Part shown: positions 35,703 to 45,600 of the stretch, piece by piece
Numbering within the stretch: position 1 is the first letter of the stretch
Layout: each line of letters opens with the position of its first letter
Origin: a virus
Length of the DNA: 64,000 nucleotides
Reading direction: 5' to 3' (one strand)
Virus record (IMG/VR): IMGVR_UViG_3300028920_000054
Location: 1-64,000 of that record
The notes under the pieces: model-generated
Told to the model about the DNA's origin: nothing
What the model saw: the letters and a program-made list of their open reading frames with translations, nothing else
The model's database searches: none
Translations under genes and position numbers: made by a program

Positions 35703-36677
35703 ATGGCTAACACGAGTGGTAATGGTACAAGTTGGAACCTGCCAAACTATATTGGAACAATATATATGGTGGGGTCTGACAACAAAACCCCCTTTATTAA
35801 CATGATGGGTGGGTTGGAAGGTGGAAAGGTTCGCTTGGTAGCAGATCAGCAGTTTGCGGTTTCTCAGCCTTGGGATTTGGCAACGGCTAGTTCGGCGAGT
35901 ATTTCTGAAACAGCTTCAGCAACCGCATCTACAGCATATCAGTATGTAAGAAGTGCAGACTACAACTCAACGCAGATACTTCAGAGACGGGTAAATGTTT
36001 CCTACACGAAACTATCTGCTACTGGACAGGTAACTGCCGACACTACAACCAATCTTATAGATGCGAGCGAATGGGACCCCGCACAGAACGAGCTTGATTT
36101 CCAAATTAACGCAAACCTGAAGCAGATTGCGAAAGATCTTGAATACATATGTTTCAAGGGTGTATATCAGCAGGCTAGTTCCGCTGCTGTTGCTGGCAAG
36201 TCTCGTGGTCTTGAAGCTGTTGCTGCACTTTCCGGCTCTAGCACAGTTGCGGCTGGTAGCGTTGACCTTTCAAGAGACCTCGTAAACGAACTCTTGAGAA
36301 CGATGCTTGACAAGGGTGCTGAATTTGAAAATCCCGTCCTGTTCTGTAATGCATTCCAGAAACAGCAGATTTCCAATGAATACGGATATGAACCCGAAAG
36401 CAGGGATGTTGGTGGTGTGAATATTCAGCAGATTATGACAGACTTCTGCGTCCTTGGTGTAGTTTATTCTCCACAGGTAACTACAAGCACAGTCGTCATC
36501 GCAGATATGGCGTTTTGTCATCCTGTTTGGCTTCCAGTTCCCGGCAAGGGAGTTCTGTTCTATGAGGAGCTGTCTAAAACGGGCGCGAGTGAAACGGGGC
36601 AGATATTCGGACAGTTCGGCCTGGACTCAGGTCCTAAGGAGTTCATAGGCTCAATTACCGGTTTAACAACAAGTTAA
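35703..36677 (+). CDS. major capsid protein (SU10/DUF5309-like)
   Basis: NLPNY.G, TPF, N.TQI, ELDFQI..LKQIAKDLE, GGVNI..I.TDF, GQFGLD.GP...GSITGL. Confidence 0.9.
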   Translation: MANTSGNGTSWNLPNYIGTIYMVGSDNKTPFINMMGGLEGGKVRLVADQQFAVSQPWDLATASSASISETASATASTAYQYVRSADYNSTQILQRRVNVSYTKLSATGQVTADTTTNLIDASEWDPAQNELDFQINANLKQIAKDLEYICFKGVYQQASSAAVAGKSRGLEAVAALSGSSTVAAGSVDLSRDLVNELLRTMLDKGAEFENPVLFCNAFQKQQISNEYGYEPESRDVGGVNIQQIMTDFCVLGVVYSPQVTTSTVVIADMAFCHPVWLPVPGKGVLFYEELSKTGASETGQIFGQFGLDSGPKEFIGSITGLTTS

Positions 36678-36726
36678 GGTACTTACGATGGTTTCTTAAA
36701 GTAAAACTTTAAGAAAATAAATCCAC

Positions 36727-37608
36727 TTGGATACATTTATGCACAATCTAATTTGTCAGTATTGCGGAAAATCTTTTAGTGCAAGAAATTGGTACGCTAA
36801 ATACTGTAGCCCTAACTGTAAGTCACATGCATATTCAGACAAGCATCGTGACGAAATAAACAGTAGGGTTCGTAAAAACAGGGCTGGCAAAGAAGACAGA
36901 AAGAAAAATGGTAAATATACGCATAAATGTATCCATTGTGGAATAACGTTTCGATCAACAAGGCCCACCTGTTTGTCCTGTGGCAAACGAGACAAACTTC
37001 ATCGGCCAAACGAAAAACAAACAATGGTAGAGTTGACCTGCGAACACTGTGGAAAGGTTTTCACAAAACCTAAAGCTCAATATGTTCAGGCAACCAAAAA
37101 CGGTAAAAAGTTAGGGTGCTGTCAACGGCATACACACATATTGCATGGCCGCACTCTTTCTTTAACTTGCAGCGAATGTGGAAAGACATTTGAACGGGCC
37201 AAGTCTACTTACGAACACGACAATAAGGAAGGCGGACATGTGTTTTGCTCACGGGAATGTCAAGACAAAAACATAGATTACATTCTCAGGGGCGAAGACC
37301 ACTACCACTATATTGACGGAAAATCAAGTGGGTATCGTGGTAAGGGTTGGAACAAAATTCGTAAGCGTATCAGAGAACGAGATAAACATACTTGTTATTT
37401 GTGTGGTAAGACAAGAGAAGATATTGGCAAGGAACTTGATGTCCACCATTTAATTAGGTTTGAAGATTTTGAAGATGAAAACGATGCTAACCAAGGGTAT
37501 AATTTGATTTCACTTTGCCCTTGTTGTCATCACACTGAAGAAATTAATCCTACAATTTTAAGGATAGTCCCGTTGATTCGGGAGCGTAAGGAACGAATGG
37601 CAGCGTAG
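36727..37608 (+). CDS. HNH endonuclease with multiple zinc-binding repeats
   Basis: Repeated CxxCGK.F...CS..C; RERDKHTCYLCG, LDVHH, NLISLCPCCH. Confidence 0.88.
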   Translation: MDTFMHNLICQYCGKSFSARNWYAKYCSPNCKSHAYSDKHRDEINSRVRKNRAGKEDRKKNGKYTHKCIHCGITFRSTRPTCLSCGKRDKLHRPNEKQTMVELTCEHCGKVFTKPKAQYVQATKNGKKLGCCQRHTHILHGRTLSLTCSECGKTFERAKSTYEHDNKEGGHVFCSRECQDKNIDYILRGEDHYHYIDGKSSGYRGKGWNKIRKRIRERDKHTCYLCGKTREDIGKELDVHHLIRFEDFEDENDANQGYNLISLCPCCHHTEEINPTILRIVPLIRERKERMAA

Positions 37609-37627
37609 ACTGCCTACTTACAGGAGG
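37585..37627 (+). promoter_or_regulatory. structured element abutting the SD (copy 1)
   Basis: CGTAAG-GAACGAAT-GGCAG cgtaga CTGCC-TA-CTTAC-AGGAGG. Confidence 0.55.
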
Positions 37628-37634
37628 AAATAAA

Positions 37635-38045
37635 ATGGCAGATGGAAATGTGTTCGATTACACAAGAGTAAGAAGCCCCGACATGAAGGAAGTCATGAAA
37701 AACATTGACACGGCATTTTCTGTCGCTCATGCGGAAACTCTTACCACAAGTTATACAGTTTTAACAACCGATCTTGGTAAGACAATCAGGGTGAACGCTG
37801 CCGGAAACCTTACAATGACACTTCCGGCTGTCGGTGCGACTGAAGATGGGGCAAAACTTACATTCGTTAAGCAGGGCGCTGGTAAAATGACGATTCTAGC
37901 ATCAACCGGTGATAAAGTTGGCGGTTCTGCTGCAACCGGATTTTATGCATCTGAAACTGATAATGCCGTTCTTGGATTGGAATATGTGCATGGTGCTACT
38001 ACATGGGCGATAGTGTCCAAGGAAGGAACCTTTGCGTCAACGTAA
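37635..38045 (+). CDS. capsid decoration-like protein (paralog 1)
   Basis: Follows the MCP; YTV...D.G.TI.V...TLPA...G...TF.K.G.G beta-rich pattern. Confidence 0.65.
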   Translation: MADGNVFDYTRVRSPDMKEVMKNIDTAFSVAHAETLTTSYTVLTTDLGKTIRVNAAGNLTMTLPAVGATEDGAKLTFVKQGAGKMTILASTGDKVGGSAATGFYASETDNAVLGLEYVHGATTWAIVSKEGTFAST

Positions 38046-38081
38046 GGAACTAACGACGTTTAAGCGTCTACTTACAAGGAG
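38041..38081 (+). promoter_or_regulatory. structured element abutting the SD (copy 2)
   Basis: CGTAAG-GAACTAAC-GACG tttaag CGTC-TA-CTTAC-AAGGAG. Confidence 0.55.
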
Positions 38082-38087
38082 AGTATA

Positions 38088-38498
38088 ATGGCTAAGGGAA
38101 ACATTTTTGATTATACACGAGTTCGCAGTCCTGACATGGATGAGATTATGAAGAATATTGATACCGCTTTTGCGGTAGGCAACCCATCCACTGTAACTAC
38201 TGCATATACCGTTACGAGCGCTGACTTTGGTACTACTATTCGTATCAATTCAGCAAGCACAGTTACCGTAACACTTCCCGCTGTGGGTGCTTCGGATGAT
38301 GGAGCGACAATAACCTTCATTAAGCAGGGTGCGGGAGATATTGCTATCACGGCAGGAACGGGCGACTATATAGATGGAAGTCCTTCTTCTGGCAGCACAT
38401 ATTCGTCAGATACCAAATCGGCACTGAAGATTCAGTATGTCCATGGGATGACCGAGTGGGTTGTTATTGATGAAGTCGGAACTTTTGCGACAATGTAA
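38088..38498 (+). CDS. capsid decoration-like protein (paralog 2)
   Basis: Same length (136 aa) and shared FDYTRVRSPDM..MKNIDTAF, TLPAVGA, YVHG, GTFA. Confidence 0.65.
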   Translation: MAKGNIFDYTRVRSPDMDEIMKNIDTAFAVGNPSTVTTAYTVTSADFGTTIRINSASTVTVTLPAVGASDDGATITFIKQGAGDIAITAGTGDYIDGSPSSGSTYSSDTKSALKIQYVHGMTEWVVIDEVGTFATM

Positions 38499-38542
38499 CC
38501 AAGGTGGGGGAGTCTAGTACTCCCCTATACCGGGAGGACAAT

Positions 38543-39037
38543 ATGAAATTTTATAAAAAAGATATACCCGGAGTTTATTTGCCGGGAGTGGTGTGGAACC
38601 CAATCACACGCAGAAGGTGGTGCAGCTTTGATGCTGGTGGGGGAGTTGTTGAAACAGATAACCCCCAACTTATAGAATACTTGCTAAACCTTGGATATCC
38701 ACACGATGAAGTTCCTGAAGTAAAGGCGGTTGAACCAGAAACTTCCGATGTTAATGAAGCCAAGGAACAGGCAGAAGAAGAAATAACCTCTATTGGCCCA
38801 CTTAAAATGGATGCCATAGTAGAACACAAAAAAGAAGACGAACCTTCAAAATTCAAAACAAGGTCAGAACTTAACGACTACGTTAAGACCAAATACGGGA
38901 AATCGCAACGAGCGATGAACCGAGAAGAACTTATCATATACGCTTCTTCTGAATTTGGTGTCGAACTTACAGATACGAATTGGATGCAATTACAGAAGAA
39001 AGTAAAGGATTTGGAGGAATCGTCTTTGGAAAGCTAA
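38543..39037 (+). CDS. hypothetical head-region protein
   Basis: GGAGG SD; acidic linker. Confidence 0.55.
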   Translation: MKFYKKDIPGVYLPGVVWNPITRRRWCSFDAGGGVVETDNPQLIEYLLNLGYPHDEVPEVKAVEPETSDVNEAKEQAEEEITSIGPLKMDAIVEHKKEDEPSKFKTRSELNDYVKTKYGKSQRAMNREELIIYASSEFGVELTDTNWMQLQKKVKDLEESSLES

Positions 39038-39049
39038 AAGGAGTAGGTC

Positions 39050-39436
39050 ATGAGTAGAACACCTACAGTAATGAAAAACTTTTCCAAGGACTCAGCGTTT
39101 GTTACCTATGAGTCTAGTTCTGGGACTCTTGACTTTACATTGTCCGCAAACTTTGCAACCTACTCCAACTTTGAATACGAGTTGTTGGGCGTAGAATTGC
39201 ATATTGTTGGCACAGCACCAACTACTACAGAAAACTTCACGGTAATAAGAGATGCGACAGCTGGAAGTCCATACGACGCAAAGCTGTATTCTAAGGATAT
39301 GGGTGGGGTTAAAGATATAGTGTGGGGACCTGAAGAACCGCTTCTGTTTGCATTAAACGACGAAGTTGATATTGCATGGCTTAACTCTGAAGCCAAAACA
39401 TACGGTCTTTCGGTGCGGTATCGGAGGCTGACATAA
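39050..39436 (+). CDS. putative virion structural protein
   Basis: AGGAG SD; beta-rich; structural operon context. Confidence 0.55.
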   Translation: MSRTPTVMKNFSKDSAFVTYESSSGTLDFTLSANFATYSNFEYELLGVELHIVGTAPTTTENFTVIRDATAGSPYDAKLYSKDMGGVKDIVWGPEEPLLFALNDEVDIAWLNSEAKTYGLSVRYRRLT

Positions 39437-40002
39437 TGGAAATAATAAACGGAATAGACATAAACACAGGAGCAACAGCGGCTTCACTTTCAGACATTGC
39501 TGCAAACGTTATCGGAATAACAGGCTACGCAACAGAAGCTTCTCTTTCCGAAGGTCTTGCTGGAATTATAGGTATAACAGGCTACTCAACGGAAGCTTCC
39601 GTCTCTGAAGTTGCCTCAAGTGCGATATCAATTAAAACAACAACAGACAAATTAGCCGGATCAATTGCCGCAAGTGCCACAACTGCAAGCTGGAACACAT
39701 CAGAAGCAAACATAGTTTCAATAGGGGCCAATGACACAAAATACAAACTTCATTCTCTCGTGGTAGACATGAACGCACTTCATGTTGGAGCCACCATTAC
39801 ACTCAGGATGTATTCTCAAATAAATGGGACAGAACGAAAGCTGTACGATGAAGACTATGTTGTTGGAACAGACCCAGATGGCGTGTGGCTTGTGGATGGA
39901 ACCGTTGGGATACACGAGGTGCTAAGAGTTTCCGCAGAAAGCAATGCGGCAACAGATGACGGTGCTTCAATACCATACGATTACATCCTTGAAGAAATGT
40001 AA
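39436..40002 (+). CDS. putative virion protein with an internal 19-aa repeat
   Basis: IGITGY[AS]TEAS[LV]SE repeated. Confidence 0.55.
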   Translation: MEIINGIDINTGATAASLSDIAANVIGITGYATEASLSEGLAGIIGITGYSTEASVSEVASSAISIKTTTDKLAGSIAASATTASWNTSEANIVSIGANDTKYKLHSLVVDMNALHVGATITLRMYSQINGTERKLYDEDYVVGTDPDGVWLVDGTVGIHEVLRVSAESNAATDDGASIPYDYILEEM

Positions 40003-40014
40003 TGGTGATGCACC

Positions 40015-40650
40015 ATGAGCGTAAATTATAACACCAAAAAACTCAAAAAGACAGCAGGGCGGTTTGGAGATTCCACAAACTATTTAGATATAGATGAAAG
40101 TGGGATACTTACCTTGGTTGGTGATGCAGAAAGAAACATAACGCTGCGTCCAGATATTCAATACGATGAAATAAATAAGGCGGTAGCTCCATCCCTTGAA
40201 TACTATGGACCACACACCTACTACTCGCTTCCTGTATGGAATGACGATGGTGAGGAAATTTTTGCCACACTAAACATACCACAGAGGTGGGATGGAACAA
40301 CGGCACCACGCATTCATTTACATACGGTACTCACAGGAACAGAGGTTATTGGGCACAAGTATAAACTAGAAGTTGCATATTCTGTATCAACTCCGTCTGG
40401 TTCTTTGGTAAGTCCTGCGTCGACGATAGCTTCAGCAGAAACAGCAATTGTTGATGGAAAAACTTCAGCGTATAGCTGTTATCTTACAGAAGTTGATATC
40501 GGAACAGGATTTAGTTGGGATGATACGCTGTCACTTAGAGTGAGAAGGGTGGACGCAACTGAAGCAACAAACCTTGATAATGAACTCGGGTTGCACGACT
40601 TTCACGTAGACTTTAAAAGAAACAGGCTTGGTGGTGATTGGGGTTATTAA
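40015..40650 (+). CDS. putative virion structural protein
   Basis: EEIF...IP.RWDG jelly-roll-like pattern. Confidence 0.55.
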   Translation: MSVNYNTKKLKKTAGRFGDSTNYLDIDESGILTLVGDAERNITLRPDIQYDEINKAVAPSLEYYGPHTYYSLPVWNDDGEEIFATLNIPQRWDGTTAPRIHLHTVLTGTEVIGHKYKLEVAYSVSTPSGSLVSPASTIASAETAIVDGKTSAYSCYLTEVDIGTGFSWDDTLSLRVRRVDATEATNLDNELGLHDFHVDFKRNRLGGDWGY

Positions 40651-40652
40651 CT

Positions 40653-40913
40653 ATGTCCATTCCGGTGGTTATAAAGGGGCACAAAATGACGAGTAAGGTT
40701 TTCGGAATAATTTTCGGGACTGTTTTTGCTGGATTGATTGTGTGTTGGATTTCTAGTGTTTCCCATTCAACCGTTCAAAATAAAGTTGCTATTGCTGAAA
40801 CACGTCAAGAATTAAGGTCTGAAATGAAAGGAATAGCAAACACGCTTAATATACATTATGGGCTGTTAAAAGAAATACGGGACGACCAAAAGAAGCGAAA
40901 CGGTGGGTCATGA
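40653..40913 (+). CDS. single-TM membrane protein (holin-like candidate)
   Basis: One hydrophobic helix plus coiled coil, upstream of the lysozyme. Confidence 0.45.
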   Translation: MSIPVVIKGHKMTSKVFGIIFGTVFAGLIVCWISSVSHSTVQNKVAIAETRQELRSEMKGIANTLNIHYGLLKEIRDDQKKRNGGS

Positions 40914-41350
40914 AGAAATTTGTCACCACAACTATCTTAGTAGCGTTTTTGTTATCGGGGTGTGTTGCGATGCAGGTTATACCCGAAAGAAATACGTCGC
41001 TAGAGATTAAAACCATTGTACTTACAAACGAAGCAACGATGGATTCAAGCGGTGGCAAGGTCTTGGTATTGGAGGCAGAGGCAGATGGGTGGGCTTATAA
41101 GACAATGATATTTATAAGGAACCAAACCGTTTTAGTTGAATATATGCTTCAGACCAATCAATATGTTGTGCATGGAACAATGTTGGATAAGGATGGAAAT
41201 GGCTCTGTTGATGATTGGTACACATTGGTCAACAACGTTAAGATTGAAGTAAGTTCAGAAGACATTCAGGAATATTACGACAATAGCTTTTTGAAATTCG
41301 TTAGATATGTATCAAAAAACGGAACGCTTAATCGTGGTGAAGCGGCATGA
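40910..41350 (+). CDS. lipoprotein
   Basis: MKK-hydrophobic-LSGC lipobox. Confidence 0.7.
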   Translation: MKKFVTTTILVAFLLSGCVAMQVIPERNTSLEIKTIVLTNEATMDSSGGKVLVLEAEADGWAYKTMIFIRNQTVLVEYMLQTNQYVVHGTMLDKDGNGSVDDWYTLVNNVKIEVSSEDIQEYYDNSFLKFVRYVSKNGTLNRGEAA

Positions 41351-41805
41351 ACTACAAGAAAGTTAAAGAGTATATTTCTAACAACGAAGGTTGTAAGCAA
41401 AAACCCTACATGGATACCAAGGGATATTGGACGATAGGGAAGGGGCACAGGCTATTTGGTAAACCCTCAGATGAAATGATAAAAAGGGGAATTTCAGAAG
41501 AAGAAATAGAGAAATTGTTTCATCAAGACATACTCACAGCACACATGGCGTGTAAGAACGCATTTAACGGTTTTGATTCATTCCCTGAAGATGCAAAAAT
41601 AGTTTTAATGGACATGGCATTTAATATTGGTGAGGGGAGCGACACAAGAAAGACTGGGGTTGAGGGTTTTGACAACATGCAGAAAGCGGTTGAAGAAAAG
41701 AATTGGAACGAAGCGGCATGGCAAATGCTTGATTCAAAATACGCAAAAGAAGACGTGCCTGAACGGGCAATAAGGAATGCGTTGATACTAAGGAAAGTGA
41801 TATGA
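41347..41805 (+). CDS. phage lysozyme (GH24) endolysin
   Basis: EG....Y.DT.G..TIG.GH catalytic pattern, MAFNIG, MLDSKYA...RA.R. Confidence 0.9.
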   Translation: MNYKKVKEYISNNEGCKQKPYMDTKGYWTIGKGHRLFGKPSDEMIKRGISEEEIEKLFHQDILTAHMACKNAFNGFDSFPEDAKIVLMDMAFNIGEGSDTRKTGVEGFDNMQKAVEEKNWNEAAWQMLDSKYAKEDVPERAIRNALILRKVI

Positions 41806-42365
41806 AAAACGACCTTTCTTTATATTTACCAGTTAGAAGTCAGATGCGAACCGGAGACCTATTACAGTGGCATTCTAACAGTGTCCTTGGGAAGATGATT
41901 CGTGCCAAAACACACAAAGACAGACCAAAATATGAAGTAGAAAACGATATAAACGTAAACCATTCATCTCTAGTTATATGCTTGAAGGAAGTAGAATCGG
42001 GTGACTTAAGAATACACACGAACGAAGCCATGGAAAAGGGAACAGTTCCCGCTTTTTTGTCGGTAAGGCTTCAACAGTTTGATGGCCACGTGTGGTGGTA
42101 TCCACTTAACGATGAAATAGAAGGAACTTTTAACGTAGACAGAGTTAAGATAGGACGAAATGCATTTGAATATCTTGGTGTTGGATATGATTATTGGGCA
42201 ATAGCAAAAAAACTTGTTAACATCAAAACGAGAATAGATATAAGAAAATTATTCTGCAATGAATATTGTAGCGTATGCTATGGGGTAAGGATGGGTGCTG
42301 TAGCACGAAGTCCAAATGCCATGCCTAGATTACACATACACAAAACACCAATAATGATTTTATAG
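41802..42365 (+). CDS. permuted papain-like NlpC/P60 (YiiX/YaeF-like) protein
   Basis: TGDLL, NHSSLV, EA, G..YDY, LFCNE with C-terminal Cys. Confidence 0.7.
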   Translation: MKNDLSLYLPVRSQMRTGDLLQWHSNSVLGKMIRAKTHKDRPKYEVENDINVNHSSLVICLKEVESGDLRIHTNEAMEKGTVPAFLSVRLQQFDGHVWWYPLNDEIEGTFNVDRVKIGRNAFEYLGVGYDYWAIAKKLVNIKTRIDIRKLFCNEYCSVCYGVRMGAVARSPNAMPRLHIHKTPIMIL

Positions 42366-42370
42366 GTGGA

Positions 42371-42595
42371 GTGATGGAAGAAATAAGTTTTCTACAATGG
42401 TTGGCAAACGGTGGGTTGCAGGACTATCTTGAATTGGTAGTTAAAAACAACGCATTTCTTTTGGGTATTATATATGGCATTCCAAAATACTTTGCTGTGG
42501 TTTTAGGGAAACAGGGGGAAAACAAACTGATAGACTTGGTTGGTTTGGGGTGGAATACAGCGAAGGAATCATGGAAAGAACGTAAAAGCAAATAG
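42371..42595 (+). CDS. small membrane protein (holin candidate)
   Basis: Hydrophobic segment and basic C-terminus, next to lysis genes. Confidence 0.4.
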   Translation: MMEEISFLQWLANGGLQDYLELVVKNNAFLLGIIYGIPKYFAVVLGKQGENKLIDLVGLGWNTAKESWKERKSK

Positions 42596-42614
42596 TTATG
42601 CAGGACATTAATTA

Positions 42615-45600
42615 ATGCAGTGGGTTTTTAAAGTAGGATATAAAAAACTTGTTCCTGATTTGACAACAAGACTGAAATATTGGTCTGACTGTCAACTAGT
42701 GGACATACGCCCTTCAGGGTTTTATCCTACTAAAGCGGGAAAGCACTTCTGCATTATTGAAGACGGGAAAGATTACTGGAAAGTTAGAAGCACTACCGAC
42801 TGGAAGTCCACGAAGAAAAGTGTTCTTGACCTGAAAAAATACCTTACAGTTGCAGATGCAAAGGGGAAGTATCCGTGGGATGCAGGATATAATGAAAACA
42901 CGGTTCCGAAGAGAAAGCGGGACTGGTTTATTGATTACAAATCACTGTTAGATAAAAAGCATATTACTGATTCGCAATTTGATGGAATTTACGATAAATC
43001 ATGGGAGGAAATAATCGTTCTTGAGGGTGACATTACGCAATTGCTTACTCATGAAGATGCAAAAACACGCTTGCAATCTATATATTCTGATAAGACCGGA
43101 ACCGTTGCACAAAACGGAGCTGGTGCAGGAACAGATGGGGCTTTTACTATAGGTGCGACCGGAGATTACGCAACCCTGACGTTGGCAGAAGCAGATATTG
43201 CGGCTCAACTCACTGGGGACTTAACCTTTGAACACCTTAATGAGCAAACCGCCATATCCTCATTGGTACAGTTTGACCTTGATACAAATGGACACCTATT
43301 AAAAATAACAGCATCACCTGGGGCGGAACACAACGGTGGTGCGTACGGGAATGGAGCAAGAATAGACAGGGGAACATATGATGATATCAGATGTCTTGAG
43401 ACTGTCGAGGGGAGCTTTGATGATTTAGAATTTTCAAATCTAGCTTTTGATGTTTCTGGGGCTGGGAATGACGGGTTGTTCTTGTCGAATGGAGCTAAAG
43501 GGGGAACGTGGACTGTAAACCGTTGTTTGTTTAAGGGGGGGTCTAGTTCTGTTAGTCTACTAAGGGTTTATTACAATGCAAAAAACGTAATATTGAAAAA
43601 CAATATTGTTTATGGAAACGATGGAACATATGGGGGAATTGTCCTAGAATCAATTTATGCTGGAAGCCATCAAGTGTATAACAATACTTGCGTTGGAAAT
43701 CGTTTTGGAATCAAACAAGATTACGCTTCAGAATCAACAACAACGATGGTTTTTAAAAATAATCTTTGTCAAGCCAATACGTCTGATTTCATTGATGATG
43801 GGGCTGGCTTTGGAACTACGGGTCACAATATTTCTGAGGACGATACAAGCCCTGACGCTTCATACCAAGAAAAAGACCTGCATACAAATTCCATATTTTT
43901 AGATTACGATAACAACGATTATCGTCTTAATTCTGCCGGAGATGCTACAAATCTTGCCATAGTTGATGACGGTGAAGACCTGTCTGTAATATTCACAGAT
44001 GACATTCAGGGGCAGACACGCTCAACTTGGTACATTGGGGCGAGCGAAATAGTCTCTAGCGAAGAAACAATAACCATAACACCTTCCATCGACGCCCTTG
44101 TTGCTAAAACATTTACCAAAACAGCCTCCCTTGACGCTCTTTTACAATCGGTCAGAACAGACACACTTTCAATAGACTCGTTGCTTTATGCAACCAAAAC
44201 GCAAGAAGTCTCGTTAGATTCGCTTTTGCAAGCAGTTAAAACAGGAGCGCTATCCATTGATTCGTTAGTTTCCGTTGCTAGAACAATAACCGTTTCCCTT
44301 GACTCTTTATTGGCGGTGGTCGGAACCGATACAGTTTTAATAGATGCTCTTTTACAATCAGCAAAGACACAGAAAGTTTCCTTGGATGCGCTTTTACAGG
44401 CGGTTAAAAGTGGTTCGCTGTCGATTGATGCGTTACTGCAATTAACAAAGACTAAAACGATTTCAATGGATACCCTGCTTAGTGCTGTTAAAACGGGTGA
44501 AACTTCCCTAGATTCTATGCTTGCAGTCGTTGGGACTAAGACTGTTTCAATAGACACGCTTATTCAGGCAGTTAAGGAAGGTGTTCTGTCCATAGATACT
44601 TTGATTCAGGCAACAAAAACAACTTCGGCTTCGATAGACTCGTTATTGCAAGACAGCAAAAGCAATACGGTTTCTTTAGATTCAATGTTACGGGCAGTAA
44701 AAAGCGGAACCACTTCACTTGATTCTATTCTTGCTGTAATCGGAACAAAAACTATTTCACTTGATGCGCTGTTAAGCGCTACAAAAACAGGAACGCTTTC
44801 GATAGATTCATTGATACAAGCAGTTGGAACAAAGACGGTTTCAATGGATGCATTGTTGCAAGAAGTTAAGTCTGGAACATTGTCGTTAGATGTGTTCCTT
44901 GAGGCAACACAAACCAAGGAACTTTATTTAGACGCTCTTATAGAAGCAGTAAAGTCTGGTGTCGTTTCGTTAGATACCATTTTGTCTTCAGGCTTATCTA
45001 ACACCATTTCGTTAGACGTTCTTTTACAAGCAGTAAAAACCAACACGATATCGCTAGACACTTTAATGCTGTTGGCTAAAACGCAGACAGTCTCAATCGA
45101 CACCATTCTGGCTGTCGCTAACAGCGTTGGAATATCGGTTGACGCACTTTTAGAGGCAAGCAAGGCGAACACCATTTCACTAGATTCGTTGTTACAGGCA
45201 GTAAAGAGTGGCGTGGTTTCCATAGACGCTATATTGGCAGGTGGAACAGGAATAATTCTTTCACTCGATGCTCTTTTACAAAGCACCAAAACCGGGGTTG
45301 TTTCAATAGATTCATTGGTTCAGGTTGCAAAGACAGATTCTACCATGCTTGATTCTATTATATCAATGACAATGGAATCGACTTCTGTGCTTGACGCTTT
45401 TATTCAAAAAGCACAGACATCTTATGTTTCGATAGACACGTTGTTGCAGTCTGTCAAAACAAAAATACTTTCGATTGATGCCCTGTTAAGTCTAGTAAAA
45501 TCGGTTTCAGTTTCGATAGACAGTCTTTTGATGGCAACCAAAGATGAAGTTCTGTCCATTGATGCCTTGATACAGGCTTCTTATGGCAAGACGCTTGATG

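Noticed and set aside
35703-37634. Group I intron in the major capsid gene
   Set aside because: The MCP appears complete with a normal C-terminus before the HNH, and no second exon or intron core was recognised.
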